Program-made: the position numbers and the translations under genes | Shown: positions 62,201-64,000 of the stretch, piece by piece | How positions within the stretch are numbered: position 1 is the first letter of the stretch | Layout of the letters: every line of letters starts with the position of its first letter | Source of the DNA: Marsupella aquatica | Lineage: Eukaryota; Plantae; Marchantiophyta | NCBI GenBank assembly: GCA_973895155.1 | Contig: OZ316894.1 | Span: 9,076,234-9,140,233 of the forward strand | Length of the DNA stretch: 64,000 bases | Reading direction: 5' to 3' | Notes under the pieces: model-generated | What the model saw: the letters and a program-made list of their open reading frames with translations, nothing else | The model's database searches: none | What the model was told of the DNA's origin: nothing

Positions 62201-64000
62201 GACAAGGTGCTCGGAGACGAAGGTTTTGGTTTAAGGTTTAGGGTTTTGACAACAATTACCTCCTCATCGATATCAAATTGGGTTCTGATCCGTACCTCAG
62301 TGCTCGGAGACGAAGGTTTTGGTTCAGGGTTTAGGGATTTGACAACAATTACCTCCTCATTGATACCAGACAGGGTTCCGATCCGTACCTCAGTGCTGGT
62401 AGTTTGTGAATCTCTACGGGGAACAGGAGAAGGGGTTCCTAGCCCTGACTCTGACGATAATCCCTCGAAGCTTTTGGATCGACGAACTCCCGCCCCTCTC
62501 TCGCTACCTGGAGTTGAGATGCTAAAGGCTCGCTCACTGGCAGTTTCGTAATTTGATTCTGAAGGAGATTGTACGCTAAGTTCTGGGTTCCCTGCTATTC
62601 CCCTGACATCTGCATATTCGCTGGCACTGGGCCCTTCTTCATCGAGGTTGGTGTCGCCCTCGTAATTATCTTCATCCAAAGTTATAATTGGAGATTGTGA
62701 CTCTGTCTCCTGATCGTATAGTTCTTCTCCAACGCTTGAAATCACTTCAAAAGCATTTCTATTTTCTGTATCGATTACAGTATTTGAAACCGATCTAAGA
62801 GCATCTCTATTCTCTAAGCGCGGAGTGTCCGAAATCACTTCACTCGCATCATGAGCAGATCGAGAAGTAGATCCCAGTTGGTCATCGTGTCCCTTTAAGT
62901 AGCCTGCATCGTCACCCTCGGATTTTATTTCCTCAACCTTGACATCGGGTATGGGAGGAGATTCATTTTCGAGCGGGATCACATGTTCTTCAAAGGTAAT
63001 GATCTGTTCAATCTGCACATTTAGAGTCCGCTGATTGTTAGGGAAATCATAGTTTTCGGTAGGCAAGCCACCTTCGGTCTGATCAAGATCAACTCCCTGT
63101 AAAACATCAAATGTTTGACCTCTAACGCCGCCGTGGTTTATGTTAATGCCGCGTTGAAGCTCACTATCTTCCTCCACAGCTATTCTAGGTTGGGATGCGG
63201 TATTGTCATCGTCCTGACCATACAATGCGTTTCCGGCGCTCGAAACAACATCAAAACCATGTCTATCCTCCGCATCCTTTTGAACGTTTGAAGTCGATCT
63301 AAAAGCATATCTATTGTCTGAGAGCGAAATGTCCCAATCTCCTTCACTCGAATCAGCAGATCGAAAGGAAGGCGATGGTAATTGGGTATCCTCTGCATGC
63401 GATTTATTCCCAAGTCTGTTCGCATCTCTCTCAAAATCCTGGATCTCTTCAATCTTCAAGCCATCGTTAATATGATCCAGACCACCTTCCCTTGAAACTT
63501 CTGTGGTCGGAGAAGATTTTGATAAACCTTTGTTCAAGATTATTTTCCTGAATATTTGGTAAGCTGCGTCAGATCCAAGATGGGACTCGTCTTGAGGAGA
63601 TTGAAGGCCTCGTTGCTTGGACGTCTCTTTCTTAAATTTTAACACAGCCAAGTCTAGGCCTCTGACATGGCGCGACTCCAAACGAGATTGCTCGTCTTCT
63701 TTCAAAAAACCTTTCTTCACTGTATCCATGTCATCAGACGGTCCGTTCTCTCTAGACTTGGGAGGTCTCTCGTGGCTCCGTGCGACCATTTCCCAAGCAG
63801 CAAGTTTTTCAGAGAACTTCAATTTGGGAAAGTTCTGATCAATCATTGTGGATCTTGTAAACATCTTGTTACTTTCTAATATTTGCCCATCTTCCTTCTC
63901 ATCCACAGTTATGAATCTGGTTTCCAACTTGTACCCATGTATTTCTTCGTGCGTGACTTTCTCGTCGTCATGCGCGATCTGGAAACCTTCGTGCGTGGAG
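59239..64000 (-). CDS. Very large disordered repeat protein (>1586 aa, 5' end outside the window) with 83-aa repeats and C-terminal RVxF motif
   Basis: The frame is open from the window edge (STHEGFQIAHDD...) to the stop at 59239. Eleven S[LS]FVRPVLKKSLV-type motifs. Ends in RKRVKFES. Confidence 0.88.
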   Translation of the reverse strand, partial: STHEGFQIAHDDEKVTHEEIHGYKLETRFITVDEKEDGQILESNKMFTRSTMIDQNFPKLKFSEKLAAWEMVARSHERPPKSRENGPSDDMDTVKKGFLKEDEQSRLESRHVRGLDLAVLKFKKETSKQRGLQSPQDESHLGSDAAYQIFRKIILNKGLSKSSPTTEVSREGGLDHINDGLKIEEIQDFERDANRLGNKSHAEDTQLPSPSFRSADSSEGDWDISLSDNRYAFRSTSNVQKDAEDRHGFDVVSSAGNALYGQDDDNTASQPRIAVEEDSELQRGININHGGVRGQTFDVLQGVDLDQTEGGLPTENYDFPNNQRTLNVQIEQIITFEEHVIPLENESPPIPDVKVEEIKSEGDDAGYLKGHDDQLGSTSRSAHDASEVISDTPRLENRDALRSVSNTVIDTENRNAFEVISSVGEELYDQETESQSPIITLDEDNYEGDTNLDEEGPSASEYADVRGIAGNPELSVQSPSESNYETASERAFSISTPGSERGAGVRRSKSFEGLSSESGLGTPSPVPRRDSQTTSTEVRIGTLSGINEEVIVVKSLNPEPKPSSPSTEVRIRTQFDIDEEVIVVKTLNLKPKPSSPSTLSEGSESAGTSVPARSKTRKSLFVRPVLKESLVAGSETARILAQVRSEQIQPAAQQPPPASITNAQRVNTESAGDRMGVRRSSSFDGLPSSGSAPGDLGRSRSRKSLFVRPVLKKSLVGDAETEQTISRVRSEQLSANTETSSSELNAQRLNTRSARDETGVRRSSSFGELPKLGSDPESLGRGRSRTSLFVRPVLKKSLVEDAETEQTLSRLRFEQFQGDTETSSSELNAQRLNTGTARDETGVRRSSSFDGLPGSGSAPGDLRPGRSRKSLFVRPVLKKSLVLDAETEQTLSRLRSEQFPGDTETSSSELNAQKLNTRSARDETGVRRSSSFDGVPSSGLDPGDLGRGRSRKSLFVRPVLKKSLVADAGTEETLSRLRSEQIPGNTETSSTELNAQTLNTRTARDETEVRRSSSFDGLPSSGSDPGDLGRGRSRKSLFVRPVLKKSLVLDAETEQTLSRLRSEQFPGDTETSSSELNAQKLNTRSARDETGVRRSSSFDGLPSSGSDPGDLGRGRSRKSLFVRPVLKKSLVADAGTEETLSRLRSEQLNEADGPLSGNAETSSSELKLNAKDGQSGESTLVPTARSRKSLFVRPVLKKSLVADSENAEVFARLQSDQQSAQDTSSGQSFGSREGEGRGVGRSPSFGGLVVGGAGSSSSEGSDGKSVLQPLRPRQSLFVRPVLKKSLVLGDEDTAKQFTRLQSEQNEAEQRGPTRPGAAFEGLLFGSRSSPLTSSESSEEGSVTRSRKSSSFVRPVLKRSLMADSGTERIFAQLQSEQAAQIEEDTRNQQRQFETRQGVGLSRSASFEGLPKASGSASPTNSEGSDESSMPVRDSRRASFKRPLLKKSLVVDAETRKGFAQLQSEQRDVVEDTKLQEQRLNSPGSASFEGLPFEPRTFPPTNSEGSTDARVEPETTNIFAQLQAEQNKLESEQLSKETPQSSAAEGPKGPRVRKSSLKRSLNITSNADQQQSENQQAPPRKRVKFES
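60500..62000 (-). repeat. 249-bp coding tandem repeat (~6 near-identical copies, with a 498-bp higher-order pattern)
   Basis: AACTGGACG(C/G)AC recurs at ~249-bp spacing (about 60625, 60874, 61123, 61372, 61621, 61870). LDAETEQ and ADAGTEE units alternate. Confidence 0.93.

Overview
Eukaryotic land-plant genomic DNA (spliced GT-AG genes, an LRR-XI receptor kinase, plant DNA transposons; a bryophyte/liverwort origin is my inference, not proven). 1-1233: one end of a PIF/Harbinger element with an open Myb/SANT ORF that the ORF track misses. About 1234-13100: a large, decayed two-gene DNA transposon. Its minus-strand gene is a ~1240-aa transposase (3 En/Spm-type SH3-like repeats plus a DUF7869/Sola-like DDE core). 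Its divergent plus-strand spliced cargo gene reconstructs to ~1700 aa as ParB/Srx-like + beta-class N4/N6 DNA-methyltransferase-like + FCP1/NIF HAD phosphatase-like + CCCH. The element's non-coding parts carry many copies of one palindrome (TCGCYC-NNN-GRGCGA), including two tandem arrays. This is the most interesting system in the window. The rest holds an sHSP/alpha-crystallin gene with a very long phospho-site-rich tail, a repeat protein with no intron in its CDS, an LRR-RLK, an unknown multi-exon gene, a giant 83-aa-repeat protein ending in an RVxF motif, LTR-like inverted repeats, dispersed repeats and a candidate long RNA hairpin. All domain calls come from motif recognition by eye; no database searches were run.
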